In this document: one piece after another, positions 1-11,639 of the stretch
How positions within the stretch are numbered: the first letter of the stretch is position 1
Layout of the letters: each line of letters begins with the position of its first letter
NCBI RefSeq assembly: GCF_009834535.1
Contig: NC_045697.1
Span: 118,298,001-118,362,000 of the forward strand
Direction: 5' to 3'
DNA length: 64,000 nt
Source of the DNA: Camelus ferus
Lineage: Eukaryota
Position numbers and translations under genes: made by a program
Notes under the pieces: generated by a model
Told to the model about the DNA's origin: nothing
What the model saw: the letters and a program-made list of their open reading frames with translations, nothing else
Database searches by the model: none

Positions 1-238
1 AACACTACCACGTGTTTTCAACTCCATTTGGGCTCAGCCAGGGGAGGAGAGAGGATTTTTAGGGGCTACTTAGTGAGGTGATTATCGAGATCAGTAAATT
101 TCAGATCTCCCCACGGCGGCCACTTTTGCTGCCAAAAATACGAGTGCTCGCTCACAAGCTCCTGATTATCATCCTTGACTATTTATGGACATAAACTTTT
201 CAGGAAAAAACAAAAGATGTTGCCTTATCTATAGAAAT

Positions 239-737
239 TGTGAATGAAAAACATTGAAGCAGTATCAGTAAACAAAGGATGCTGCGTCCATCAAGCCATC
301 AGCCGCTACTGCCACCCCCGACAGTGAGCGGAGGGGGCTCAGGTGCAGACAAGCAGGCAGCGCGGCCTCTGCTGCACCCCCGACGGTGCCCCTGAGGGGA
401 CTCAGGATGGGAACGAGCAGGACACTGGCCCTAGACAGCTAGGTGCACATCAAAGGAATGATTTCAATGAGCCCAGACCTTTGCACATTCTCATACCCAG
501 AAAAGCGCCAAATTCGTTAACTTGAGATGTCTAGTTTTCTTTAATTAACAGCAATCTTTTGATATCTGACTACCTGGTTTTTGTTGCAAAAAATCCTATA
601 AATCCAGACCCCTCCCTTGCCTCTATGGGAGCTGTCTCCTAGAGTGACCTGAGATGTCCCGGGCTCAAGTCCTCAGAAAGCCCGTTGAATGAAACATAAC
701 TCTCAAATTTAGCTTGTGCATTTTATTTCAGTTGACA
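239..737 (+). mobile_element. Solo LTR, ERV1-class (family A, copy 1)
   Basis: TG...CA ends (TGTGAATGAAAAA...GTTGACA), TATA-like CCTATAAAT near 595, flanks AAAT/AAAC (4-bp TSD, 1 mismatch); aligns by eye with 8996-9314 and 52814-53297. Confidence 0.9.
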
Positions 738-1512
738 AAACTATACCATATGTCACACATTTTGGAGAATAGTCAAGGATCAAGAGTCTCTTTCTTTAGA
801 TACCTGAATGTGCGGGCAAAAATCAGCTCTACGACAGAAGGATTAATTTTTTGAATGGCCATCACTAGAAATCCAAAAGGAAAAAGGAAGTTTTAATTAG
901 TTGGTATCAAAGAGAAACTCGTAAAGTAGAAAAACAGAAGCAAAACTGAAAGCAAGCTAGCGTGACATACTTTGATCAGGAAAACACTTTTACACAAATT
1001 ACACCTGAGTGGTAAATGTATTTGCATGTAACAGGACAGTGAATCTGCTTTGTTTCCAGATGAAGCAGGTTGTTTGACAAATGCTACCATCAGATAGACA
1101 GCCCTGGAGTAAAGCAGAATTCTTACCACTCTGCGAAGAATAACATCTTTGTTTTCTGTTGCCATTACAGCCCTAACTCAGCCACTTTTTTCCCATAAAG
1201 CTTTTTATCACTCACCTTTTGCACATCATCTGTCAGTATGGTGGGCGCTGCGGTGTGAGTTGCATTGGGAGCTTTGATTTTGCACTGGATTCTCTTGGTC
1301 CATACACAGTACCATTGGTGCGCCATGTAACCACATGCAAATTACTTAACCTTTCCTGTCTCTTTTTCCAGGAGAGAGCAGTTGAAAATGGGCATGACAA
1401 TATATCCAGTCCCATCCTATTTGGGGATCCTTTGTGCCAATGCCACAACTTTGTATAATACAGGGAACCCTTGTGATTGGCAAAAAGTCATTTTGGGCTC
1501 ACTTCTCATTGA

Positions 1513-1574
1513 AATAATAATAATTATTTCATTATTATTCATTATTATTAATATTAATATTATTATTATTATTA
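1513..1574. repeat. (ATT)n low-complexity microsatellite
   Basis: Imperfect ATT/AAT triplets next to the tail of the adjacent MIR. Confidence 0.9.
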
Positions 1575-1579
1575 CAAGA

Positions 1580-1850
1580 GCAATAACAGCCAAAGCTCAT
1601 ACAGAGCTTCCTGTAGGGCAAACACTCAACACTTCACAAGTATTTGCTCATTTAGAATCCACGTAGATTTCATAAATAAAATAGAATCCTCCGTAGTCTA
1701 TGGAGGTCATTACAATTACCTTCCCCAGATGAGGAAATTGAATTATGGAGAATTTACACAACTTTCCCAAAGTCACACAGTGGCAGGGCTGGGATTCCGA
1801 TGCAGGCAGGCTGACTTGCGAACTGTGTGTACTTAAATCCTCCACACTGG
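1580..1850 (-). mobile_element. MIR SINE
   Basis: MIR core CAGATGAGGAAATTGA...CCCAAAGTCACACAG...GGGATTC. Confidence 0.85.
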
Positions 1851-4553
1851 TCTGACTTTTGAGCATTAAGCAGAACGTCGACCCTGGAGTGTGAGAGCTG
1901 CTTTTCATTTTTATGGACTACATCCACATTCACGTAACGATGAGGACAAGAATGGATTGAAAGTTTATGATGAATGATTGTTATTTTACTGTCAGTGAAC
2001 CAAATTCTGGTTCAAACACTAGAAGCCGCTGGCCTGTTTCTAATAAAAACGGAATACAAAATAAAGCATAAATCACCGAAACTCTCATAAAGCACTTCCT
2101 TAAAATCAGCATCTGAAGGAATAAAGCCTCTATATTTGCAAGAAACAATAAAAGGAGTAAAATATATCCTCAGATCGCCTTGGTGTAGGATTCTAAAACC
2201 TGATAAAATGCTGATGGTGGCAAGTCATCTTTGGGAAATTGAAAACCAATTACTACTCTCCCTGCTGGCGGCAGGCAAAATGGAAGTCCTGTTAAACGGC
2301 ACACGGGAGAGATCAGCGTGCTCACTCAGGGTGCTCTGAATTGAAAAGAGAGGTAATGGCTTTCTTTCTGCATTAGAATTCACGGAGTTCCTCGAGGAAA
2401 ATTGAAAAGCTGTAGTTGTTGTGGCTGGAATGAGTTTTGTGGAAGTCCTTAGTGCTGTTCACCCAAATCCGTGGAGGGTTGCACGTCTAATTTTTTTGGA
2501 CTGGAAGGAGGTCGTGTGGCGTGTGTCACGAGTTGGCGCCAGCTCTGTGGGTCACATTTCCTTCCTCTGCTGCACGGACCACAGATGGACAGCCCCCTCC
2601 AACTGGTGCTGCATGAATGAGAAATGCGCTTCTGTTGCGTTCAGTCTCTGGAATTTAGGACTTTCTGTGGGTGACGGGTTTCCTAACCTAACAAATACGA
2701 ATTCACCGCCACAAATTCGGGTTGGAAAAGGAAAAGAAAGGTCATTCCTTTACTTTCTATAACTGAACCAGAATCTGGAATTTAACCTCAAGCCTCCATC
2801 TTATTGGGTTGCCAGCAGACAATGCTATTCTATATTGGAGCTCACTTTCCATTTTCTGAATTTTATCAATATTCTGTGATTTTATACAGTAAATGATCGT
2901 CAGGGAATCTCCTTTGGTTTCTCTTCCTTCTCTGGGAAGGCCCATCCAGGATTATCTGGCACCAAATAGAGACTCCACTGTTCTCCGAATCCTGTTTGCA
3001 TCCAGTCATCTTATCAGATGGAGGGGTTTATCCTTCCTGGACACACCATGCCTGGGGGAGAGAGAGCAGAGAGCAGAGAGCTACCTCCACACCTCGCCTT
3101 CCTCCCCGGTGCCACCACTTTCTACTTTTAACACCATAACACGGAAGAATCCAAGTGTTATGGGGACCTGAACATACACAGGTGACACAGTTCTCTTTGA
3201 GAAAAGGAAAAATCACAGATCATTTCTTTATCTTCATCTGGGTGATGGTTACAAGGATATGCATTGGGACAAATTCACTTTGGGATTTGGGGGTGTTTGT
3301 CATAGGAAGATTCTATGGCAAGGAAAAAAAAAAGTTTAGGGAAAAAATATGATTTTGAAATTGGGCTCAGGACCTTACAAGACTTTTCCTGCAGCTGAAA
3401 CCCCAGAGGGTAGGTTTCGTGAGCCTCAAGGTGAAGTGGTTTCTCAGACCTTGAGGCCTCCCTCCTGATCTCTGTGGCCCTCGTGATCTAGGTAAATGCA
3501 TTCTCTCTTATCCCAGGGTAACCCCACCACCACCACAAGAGCAGGGAAATTCAATAATAAAAGTCAGAAAGGGGCTTGTCTGTAATTTCCCTGGAGTCCA
3601 GGGATCTTGTAGTCCAGCTGTTGGGAAGGAGAAAGGATGATTATATCAAAAACTGTTGGGATTAATGTCCAAGTAAATCACTCGTCACGTGTAGATGTGA
3701 GGAGAAACCTACACGTGTCTCGTAGAATTGCCTTCAGTTGATCTTGTACGTTGTCACTTGAAATATTACATTTTTCTTTAAATAAAAGGTCAAAAGAATC
3801 TTTCCTAGCACAGATGTCAACACCAGCACACACCACAGTGGAATGTCTGTAATTCTAAGAGAAGTTGAGGATTCTATAATATCACAAAGAAAACTTTTAA
3901 CGAAAGTGGAAGTTAAAGATCCAAAAGCGAGTGAAACATTTGTACTGTTAACTGGACATGGTCATTGCTGAGGGTTCCGAAGCCCTCTGCTGTGCGATTC
4001 TGAAGGGTCTGTAAATGTTGCAGTTTGCTTCCATCCTACACTTTACTTTCCCAGAAGAACAGAATTCTGAATTCTATTTTTAGTGTAAAATTTCCTAAAG
4101 GTGAGCGGAAAAGACAGCTTTCCAAAGTCTCCCATCATGGGGCCCGATATTCGCTCAATAAATGACAAACTTTGGAAAAAGACTTTGCCATAGTAATCGG
4201 TGGTCTTAGGGCTGGGTCAGCGATCTGACTGCTTGATTTACACTTTGCTTACTTCTTTACATGCAAACCATGGCAAGCCTTCCCACCTGGAGAGAATTCT
4301 GTACTTTGTTAGTGAATTTGACTTTATTACAAGCTCTGCTACGTGCTCGCCATCTTATTCAAATAATATTAAACCTGTGATTCATTTTTATTCCCAACAT
4401 GGGTTAGTTGGTTCTATTATTTTCATGATAAGAATGTCATATAATATTACACATCCCCCCACGTGAGCAGGATTTGTGCAAATAATTACTAGTTCAAAAT
4501 TGTTTAAGATACTGAATTTCATGGCAAATACTGAAATTCAAAGTAGGAGACTG

Positions 4554-4711
4554 TGGGGAATAGTTCAAGTGGTAGACCACATGCTCAACCCCCAGTACTT
4601 CCATTGAAATAAATAACTAAGTAAAAAACCTCATTACCTCCCCCTTCCAAAATAAAAATAAGTGAAATTAAGTTAAAAATTTTTTTAAAACATAGAAAAA
4701 ATTAAAAAATG
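4554..4711 (+). mobile_element. tRNA-derived SINE (camelid vic-1-like), internally deleted
   Basis: A-box-like TAGTTCAAGTGGTAG, body CCTCATTACCTCCCC, A-rich tail; TSD AAAGTAGGAGACTG (4540-4553) / AAAGTAGGAGATTG (4712-4725). Confidence 0.85.
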
Positions 4712-5949
4712 AAAGTAGGAGATTGATACTAAGTATAAATCGACTATTTATAGAAAAATAATTCTAAAAAGTCTGCTTTTTAATATGGCTTTAAATTCTA
4801 ATTAAAAACTTGAATGCAGACAGCTGTTTTTCACCCATGATTTGTATAACTAGAAGTTTTAGAAAGGTATATAAGTTAACACCAGAAATAAGAAAGGACT
4901 TATGCTAGAATGTTGTTGTTTCGTGAGCAAGGCATTAACATTGTCAAATTGTGATCATCAGCGCTGCACATTTTAGAAGTGCTCCATAAATGTGGTATTT
5001 ACGGTCTCGAGTCCACTAGTGAAAAGCATGGCTTCGGTTTCAAATGCCACGGTTTGAAAAAGTGAAAGCGTTTGCATGTTGGCTGGAAGTTATGGACCTC
5101 TCTCTCTCTAATTCCCTAATGTCGCAGGAAGAGAACACTAAGCAAAAACACCTGTTTGGTGTGTAGGGTTGAGCAGTTCGGGATGAAAGTTCAAAGCTCT
5201 CTGTAAACATCCCGCTGCTTCACCAGCAGTTAAACCACGTGAACTGTGTCCTGAGCAGGCTGCTCACTTACGAAAGTTAATTAACTATTTCACTGCACTG
5301 GGGCGTCATCTGGGCGCTACTGCTTTCTCGCGTAACAACCGAAACTTAGAGGTGGTAAGAGCTGAACTATGAAAACAGAGACCCAGGGGCTCAGGACCTA
5401 AATGAACCTTGTAACCAAGTAGGAATTTCAGTGTAAATGGAACAAATGAAACATCCACTTAGGCTACTAATAATGCAGTCACACCTATTGCCTCAGTATA
5501 CAGTGCTCATGTAGAAGTCGTTAAAATTTTAGCAAGATGACAAGGTTGTAAAGTCATTTGTTTCTATGGCACTGTAGGATTTTTTTCCTCCACAAATATG
5601 TATTTTAAATAAAATGTTAATATTCCTAAGACATCTGAAAAGAAAATAGTAGGTAGTAAAGAAAATATAACCAGAAAGTATAAAGTTAAATTTAAAAATT
5701 AATGTGAAAATATTAAATTTTCATTATTTATTTAAGAAAAGTAATTATAAAAATCATATCTGCTTACCGTAAAAAAGAAAACAAATCTGATTTTAAAGTT
5801 ATTTTGATTATAAAATGGCTATTTGCATATTGTTTAAAACTGAAACCGAACCTAAATGCAGAGTTGAGTATTAATGCTATGTGAGGAATGTTTAAAATAA
5901 AAGCAATACCTAAACCCTAAGTAAAAATATAATGTCTCATTCCCTTTTC

Positions 5950-7110
5950 CCCAATCAAGTCTCCAAATTAGCATGTTTCACAGATATCATTCCAGATATA
6001 TTTTTCATTAACTCACTGTATACATTTAAGCAGATTAAATAAGATTATGCTTTAACACATATAAATTCATACAGTATATGCTATTCTGATACCACCACAC
6101 TTTTACCTGGCAACATAGTGCAGATATTTTTCCATATGAATTTATATTTTACCTCATTCTTTATAAATAGTACTCAGTGTTCCATTGTATGAATACAATG
6201 TATTTACTTAAACACTCTCTTAGTGATTAAGATTTAGATTGCTTAAAGAAGATGTGGCATATTTATACAATGGAATACTATTCAGCCATAAAAAACGACA
6301 ACATAGTGCTGTTTGCAGCAACATGGATGTCCCTGGAGAATGTCATTCTAAGTGAAGTAAGCCAGAAAGAGAAGGAAAAATACCATATGAGATCGTTCAT
6401 ATGTGGAATCTAAAAAAAAAGAAAAAGAAAGAACATAAATACAAAACAGAAACAGACTCATAGACATAGAATACAAACTTGTGGTTGCCAATGGAGAGGG
6501 GGTTGGCAAGGGACAGACTGGGAGTTTGAAATTTGTAGATACTGACAGGCATATGTAGAATAGATTAACAAGATTATATTGTATAGCACAGGGAAATACA
6601 TACAAGATCTTGTGGTAGCTCACAATGAAAAAAATGTGACAATGAATATATGTATGTTCATGTATAACTGAAAAATTGTGCTCTACACTGAAAATTGACA
6701 CAACATTGTAAACTGACTATAACTCAATAAAAAAATGTTAAAAAAAAAAAAGATTTAGATTGCTTTCAAGTATTTTCTTCCAATTAGCAACGCTGCCATA
6801 TTAAATCGATAATGTGGGTTCAACCAGACAAAATTTCAAAAGTGGAATTGGTATGTCAGTTTGAGCCTTTTAAATATTGAAAGCACTGTTGAATTGCTTT
6901 CCCGTGAATGCTGTATGATAGTTCTTATTTCTCCAACATTGCTAATACCCAATATTATTGATTTGCAATTTCGACAGCTGAATATCAGTACTTCAATATT
7001 GTATGTATTTATATTTATTTTATTAGCATGGATTCATTATGAGCCATTTGTATTTCTTTTCTGTTCTACAGGGTTGATCCTTTTTTTTTTCTGATTTATC
7101 AGTGCTTCTA
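5950..7110 (-). mobile_element. Ancient L1 (L1ME-like) fragment, split by a young L1
   Basis: Decayed antisense L1 3' motifs (TCCATTGTATGAATA..., AGTGGAATTG...) continuing on both sides of the 6245-6749 insert. Confidence 0.6.
6245..6749 (+). mobile_element. Young 5'-truncated L1 (ORF2 end, 3'UTR, poly-A)
   Basis: Perfect 16-bp TSD AAGATTTAGATTGCTT (6229-6244 / 6750-6765) at a TT/AAGA endonuclease site; AATAAA plus A-tail. Confidence 0.95.
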
Positions 7111-7287
7111 TATAAAGAATATATATATATAAAGAATATCAATTTGCATCTTTTATATAAGAATTGAATATAATTTGCATGTTTGAAATTTATACTTCTC
7201 CATTTTTCCCAATTTTATATTTTTAGATATGGAATTATTTTTGATATATATATATATAGCAACATTTTATACATATATATAGCAAAT

Positions 7288-7342
7288 TATATATGCACAC
7301 GTGTATATATATATGTTATATATATACACGTGTGCATATATA
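7288..7342. repeat. Perfect inverted repeat (26-bp arms, 3-nt spacer) in a TA-rich tract
   Basis: TATATATGCACACGTGTATATATATA-TGT-TATATATATACACGTGTGCATATATA. Confidence 0.95.
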
Positions 7343-7369
7343 TGTTCGTGATACATATGTTCCTAAAGA

Positions 7370-8838
7370 AATTTTTGTTGAAATACAGTTGGTGTACAAT
7401 GTTCTGTTAGTTTCAGGTGCACTGAATAGTGATTTGGCGTTTGCACACATTAGTATAAGCCCAGTAATCCCTGGTCCCCATCAAGTTGTGACATTATTGA
7501 GCATATTCTGCATGCTGTTTATTATCTCTCAGTGGCTAATTTTATATTTCACATACCCATCCTTCTTTCCTCCAGCAACCACCCATATGTTCTCTATATC
7601 TTTCATCTATGAGTCTATTCTCTTTTTTTAACATTTTTTATTGAGTTATAGTCAGTTTACAATGTTGTGTCAATTTCCAGTTTCTTTTTTTTCTTTTTTT
7701 TTTTTTTTTTTTTAGATTCCACATATGAGCGATCTCATATGGTATTTTTCTTTCTCTTTCTGGCTTACTTCACTTAGAATGACATTCTCCAGGGACATCC
7801 ATGTTGCTGTAAATGGCATTATGTTGTCGGTTTTTATGGCTGAATAGTATTTCATTGTAAAAATATACCACTTCTTCTTTATCCAGTCATCTGTTGATGG
7901 AAATTTAGGCTGTTTCCATGTCTTGGCTATTATAAATAGCACTGCTATGAATATTGGGGTGCAGGTGTCTTTTTGAAGTAGGGTTCCTTCTAGATATAAG
8001 CCCAGGACTGGGATTCCTGGGTCATATGGTAAGTCTATCCTAGTCTTTTGAGGAATCTCCATACTGTTTTCCATAGTGGCTGCACCAAACTGCATTCCCA
8101 CCAGCAGTGTAGGAGGGTTCCCCTTTCTCCACAGCCTCTCCAGCATTTGTCATTTGTGGACTTTTGAATGATGGCCATTCTGACTGGTGTGAGGTGATAC
8201 CTCATTGTAGTTTTGATTTGCATTTCTCTGATAATTAGTGATATTGAGCATTTTTTCATGTGCCTTTTGATCATTCATATGTCTTCCTTGGAGAATTGCT
8301 TGTTTAGGTCTTCTGCCAATTTTTGGATTGAGTTGTTTGTTTTTTTTCTTATTAAGTCTTATGAGCTGCTTATATATTCTGGAGATCAAGCTTTGTCAGT
8401 TTCATCATTTGCAAAAATTTTCTCCCATTCGTAGGTTGTCACTTTGTTTTGTTTAGGGTTTCCTTTGCTGTGCAGAAGCTTGTAAGTTTAATTAGGTTCC
8501 ATTTGTTTACTCTTGCTTTTATTGCTATTGCTTGGGTAGACTGCCCTAGGAGAACATTTTTGAGATGTATGTCAGATAATGTTTTGCCTATGTTTTCTTC
8601 TAGGAGGTTTATTGTATCTTGTCTTATGTTTAAGTCTTTGATCTATTTTGAGTTTATTTTTCTTGTATGGTGTAAGGGAGTGCTCTAGCTTCATTGATTT
8701 ACATGAGTCTGTTCTTGTTTGTCTTATTTGTTTGTTTTGTTTTTTAGAGTCCACATATAAGTGACATCATATGGTATTTGTCTTTCTCTTTCTGACTTAC
8801 TTCACTTAGCATAACATCTTCAAGGTCCATTCATGTTT
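7370..8838 (-). mobile_element. Older L1 3' end, host of a nested young L1 (pieces 7370-7621 and 8703-8838)
   Basis: Antisense L1 3'UTR (TTGAAATACAGTTGGTGTACAATG...) resuming after the insert with ...CCACATATAAGTGACATCATATGG. Confidence 0.85.
7622..8702 (-). mobile_element. Young 5'-truncated L1 with frameshifted ORF2 C-terminus
   Basis: ORFs 7712-8146 and 8035-8274 are L1 ORF2 ([41 protein letters not shown]); TSD ATGAGTCTATTCT (7609-7621) / ATGAGTCTGTTCT (8703-8715). Confidence 0.95.
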
Positions 8839-8995
8839 TCACAGAAACATTTTTTTATTTATAAGGATTTTAAAGAATATTATTTACAAATTAAAATGCA
8901 CACACATGGGTGTGTATGTGTTCTTGGTTTCTGAAGGATAAGAACCAGCTATTTACAGTCACTGCTGCTGGGGAGCGGAATTGTGATTATGGAAT

Positions 8996-9314
8996 CGTAG
9001 ATGAAAAGCATGGCGGCCATATCAGTAAACAAGTCATCAGCCTCTGCGGCCACAACTCTTGCACTTTCCCATACATAGAAAAACGCTAAATTCCTTAACT
9101 TGAGATATCTGGTTTCATTAACAGCAAGCTTTTGATGTTCTGATTACCTGGTCTTTGTTGCAAAAACTCCTTTATATCCCAGCTCCTCCCTTGCCTCTTT
9201 GGAGCCAGTCCTCAGAGCGAGCTGAGAGGCCACCTCCTGGGCTCAGGTCCTCACAGAGTCCAGCAAATAAAACATAACTCTCAACCTTTGGGTTTGCATT
9301 TGTTTTAGTTGACA
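8996..9314 (+). mobile_element. Solo LTR, ERV1-class (family A, copy 2, internally shortened)
   Basis: Perfect 4-bp TSD GAAT (8992-8995 / 9315-9318); ends GTTGACA; AATAAA; homologous to 239-737. Confidence 0.9.
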
Positions 9315-9574
9315 GAATTCTAGCCATCTCACTCTTGATATGTTCATATGACTTTTTTTTTTTAAATGTGGGAACTCCCAATAAATGAATTATAGTAAAA
9401 AAAAAAAATTTAAATTCCAACAAAGGAAAGTCAGTGTGCATTGCACTTCTATGGATTTGTACATTTGTCCTGACGGTGTCAGTGGAAACAACTGACGTGG
9501 TGATGGTTCATTCTTCTCAACTCATGACTATCTAATCATTTTCTGCAATGTTAGAGTTCCCTTCCTGCAGACCC

Positions 9575-10079
9575 CGTTGATGAAAATATTGAACAAGCAA
9601 TCACTAATAAGAGGAGAAAAGAGTTTTGTTTGAGGCAAACTGAGGACTATAACCCAGAAGACAACCCCCCAGATGACTTCGAGGAATTGCTCTGGAGAAG
9701 CTTGGTTTCCAGCATAGTTTTACATCTTGTTAGAGCAAAGAAACATGAACGAGTCAGGGCTCCATTTCTTTAAGGTTTAAAAAACCAGACCGGCCAGTAC
9801 ACAGTGAATCGGTGTGGCCTCGGAACCTGGGAGGGAAACATCATCAAAGGAGGACCAGCACTGGTGTCCTGGGAAGAGGGGCATTTAATCTTTGTTTTCA
9901 ACATGGTCATTCTCTACTTCTGGTCCATGTGTCATTTTCTTTAAGAATTAAAGCAGACATGCCATGTACGTTTGATAAGCCATGAGCCGGCTGTTTTAGG
10001 GAACCTCAAATTCAAGTTAACTCACCTATAAGCCAGCCTGACTTCCCTACATCTCAACATGCGATCATTTCTTTTACCA
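9575..10079 (-). mobile_element. Solo LTR, ERV1-class, related to family A
   Basis: Starts (C/T)GTTGATGAAAA and contains AACTGAGGACT...CCC, like the reverse complement of the family A 3' end; ends ...TTACCA; TSD only partly preserved. Confidence 0.7.
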
Positions 10080-10530
10080 AGCCCCAAGCAACAGCACAAA
10101 AGCAGGGTTTTGTAATTACTACCCCAGACCAGTTGAGTGCAAATTGGTACCCAGGACTGGGAGCTCCCCTCTCCACTTGGAGGCCTCTGTGGAGGACTGC
10201 TTCTGGACACCTGGAGCCCAGCAAAGAGCCAGTTCAGTGAGTGTCCCCTGGTACATCCCTGGAGGCCAGGCCCCGCTGCCCCAGGGCTCCCCGCCCCTGG
10301 CTTGTATTTGTGTCCCCTTCATCCACTGCTTGAGTTGGTTTTCTCATTATTTTAAACGATGCATCCCAAAATAGCTTCTGGCCTGCTCTCCTCAGCACAG
10401 AAGCTCATAAAACTCAGCAAGGAGTATTGGCCGTGTTATCCTCTTCTATTTGAAGCTTTAAAAAAGAAAGGAGACTGAGGTGGAAACGTGTGAGAAGGCC
10501 TGAGGGCTGAAGGTCTTAAGAAAGGTGCCA

Positions 10531-10693
10531 GGGGGCAGGTAGAGCTCAGTGGTAGAGTGTGTACTTAGCTATGCACGAGGTCCTGGGTTCAATCCCCAGT
10601 ACTCCAAAAATAATAAATAAATAAATGACCCTAATTACTGCCCCCCGTAAACAAGAATTGAGCTTTTATTTCAATAAAAAAAATTAGTTTTTA
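10531..10693 (+). mobile_element. tRNA-derived SINE (camelid vic-1-like), full length
   Basis: A box GAGCTCAGTGG, B box GGTTCAATCCC, CCTAATTAC body, A-rich tail; TSD AAGAAAGGTGCCA (10518-10530) / AAAAAAGGGGCCA (10694-10706). Confidence 0.9.
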
Positions 10694-10789
10694 AAAAAAG
10701 GGGCCACATGCCCATCCCCAGAATTCACTTGCTGATCAGCCTGTGGTAGCAGGTGCTGCTCCTGGCGAGGCATTTAGATGAAACGTGGC

Positions 10790-10960
10790 CAAGACCTGAG
10801 CCATCTGGACTTAGTCACATGTGGAAGATCTTTGGACCTTCATTTATTCAGGTGTGAAAAAAACAAGAGGGGGAACTCGTTGAGAGAAATGCACGTAAAA
10901 CCTTTAAAACAGGGCTTAGCACTGGACATGGGTGTCATAAATGCTCACTGTGCTCATAAA
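10790..10960 (+). mobile_element. MIR SINE fragment
   Basis: Decayed core and 3' part (AATGCACGTAAAA...CTTAGCAC...ATAAATGCT). Confidence 0.55.
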
Positions 10961-11639
10961 ATGCTTTGCAAGGCTCCTTCTTGATCTGAAATGTAATTTT
11001 CCATGACTTCTGAGAACGTCTAAGTTGCTCTCAACCTAACTCAGGAGCCAAGAATAACACCCACATGAGGATGGAAACAGTGAGACAAGAGGGTCCGCTT
11101 CTGTGCTGGGTGGAGGGACACTCAGCAAGTCAAGGAGATGGAGGAGGAAGGGGGCTGCTCCCAGGTGCCCGCTGCTGCCTGAAAACACCGCGTGTCTTCC
11201 CTCCCCTCCTGAGGCAGACGGGACGCCCCTCCCCGCCCCCAGCCCCTGTCCTGCACTCTTCCAGAATCCTGTTCCGAAACACTCCCCGCCCCTCCCTCCG
11301 GATCAGGAACAACCTCAAGTCTCTCCTTCTGAGTAACAACCTCGATTTCACTGCGCTGCCGCCCAACCGCCAGTTTCCTCCCACAAAGCCACCGCCTTGT
11401 TGGTTTCGCCTTGTTTGTAAGGAGCTCACGTGCCCAGAATTGAAGGTCTGGCGTAAAATCACCCTTAGTCTGTACAGATTCCTCCTGGTTTGTCTCTTTT
11501 TCCGTTTGTCTGCATGTGTGATTAAAGTGTGTTCTTTGGAGTCAACTTTCTTATTTCCTTTTTTGATACATATAAATACTTCAAAAATGGACCCGTTTGC
11601 ATATATTTATGTGTTTAAGATTCACGTAATTTAGGATTA

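Noticed and set aside
7712..8274. ORFs with real protein similarity (also 17259-17444, 35287-35478, 37791-38057, 43621-43818)
   Set aside because: Fragments of LINE-1 ORF2 in truncated, frameshifted copies; not host genes.
239..9314. Two same-orientation family A LTRs about 8.3 kb apart, resembling a full provirus
   Set aside because: Each LTR has its own separate TSD. There is no TGG primer-binding site after 737 and no polypurine tract before 8996, the copies are clearly diverged, and the interior holds MIR/L1/SINE with no gag/pol/env.
10531..10602. tRNA-Ala-like sequence (also at 58363-58447)
   Set aside because: Followed by a SINE body or A-tail, flanked by a TSD (first copy) and carrying stem mismatches: SINE heads, not tRNA genes.
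11065..11634. Longest ORF in the track (189 aa)
   Set aside because: No recognisable domain, overlapping ORFs in other frames, and explained by low stop-codon frequency in a GC-rich patch.
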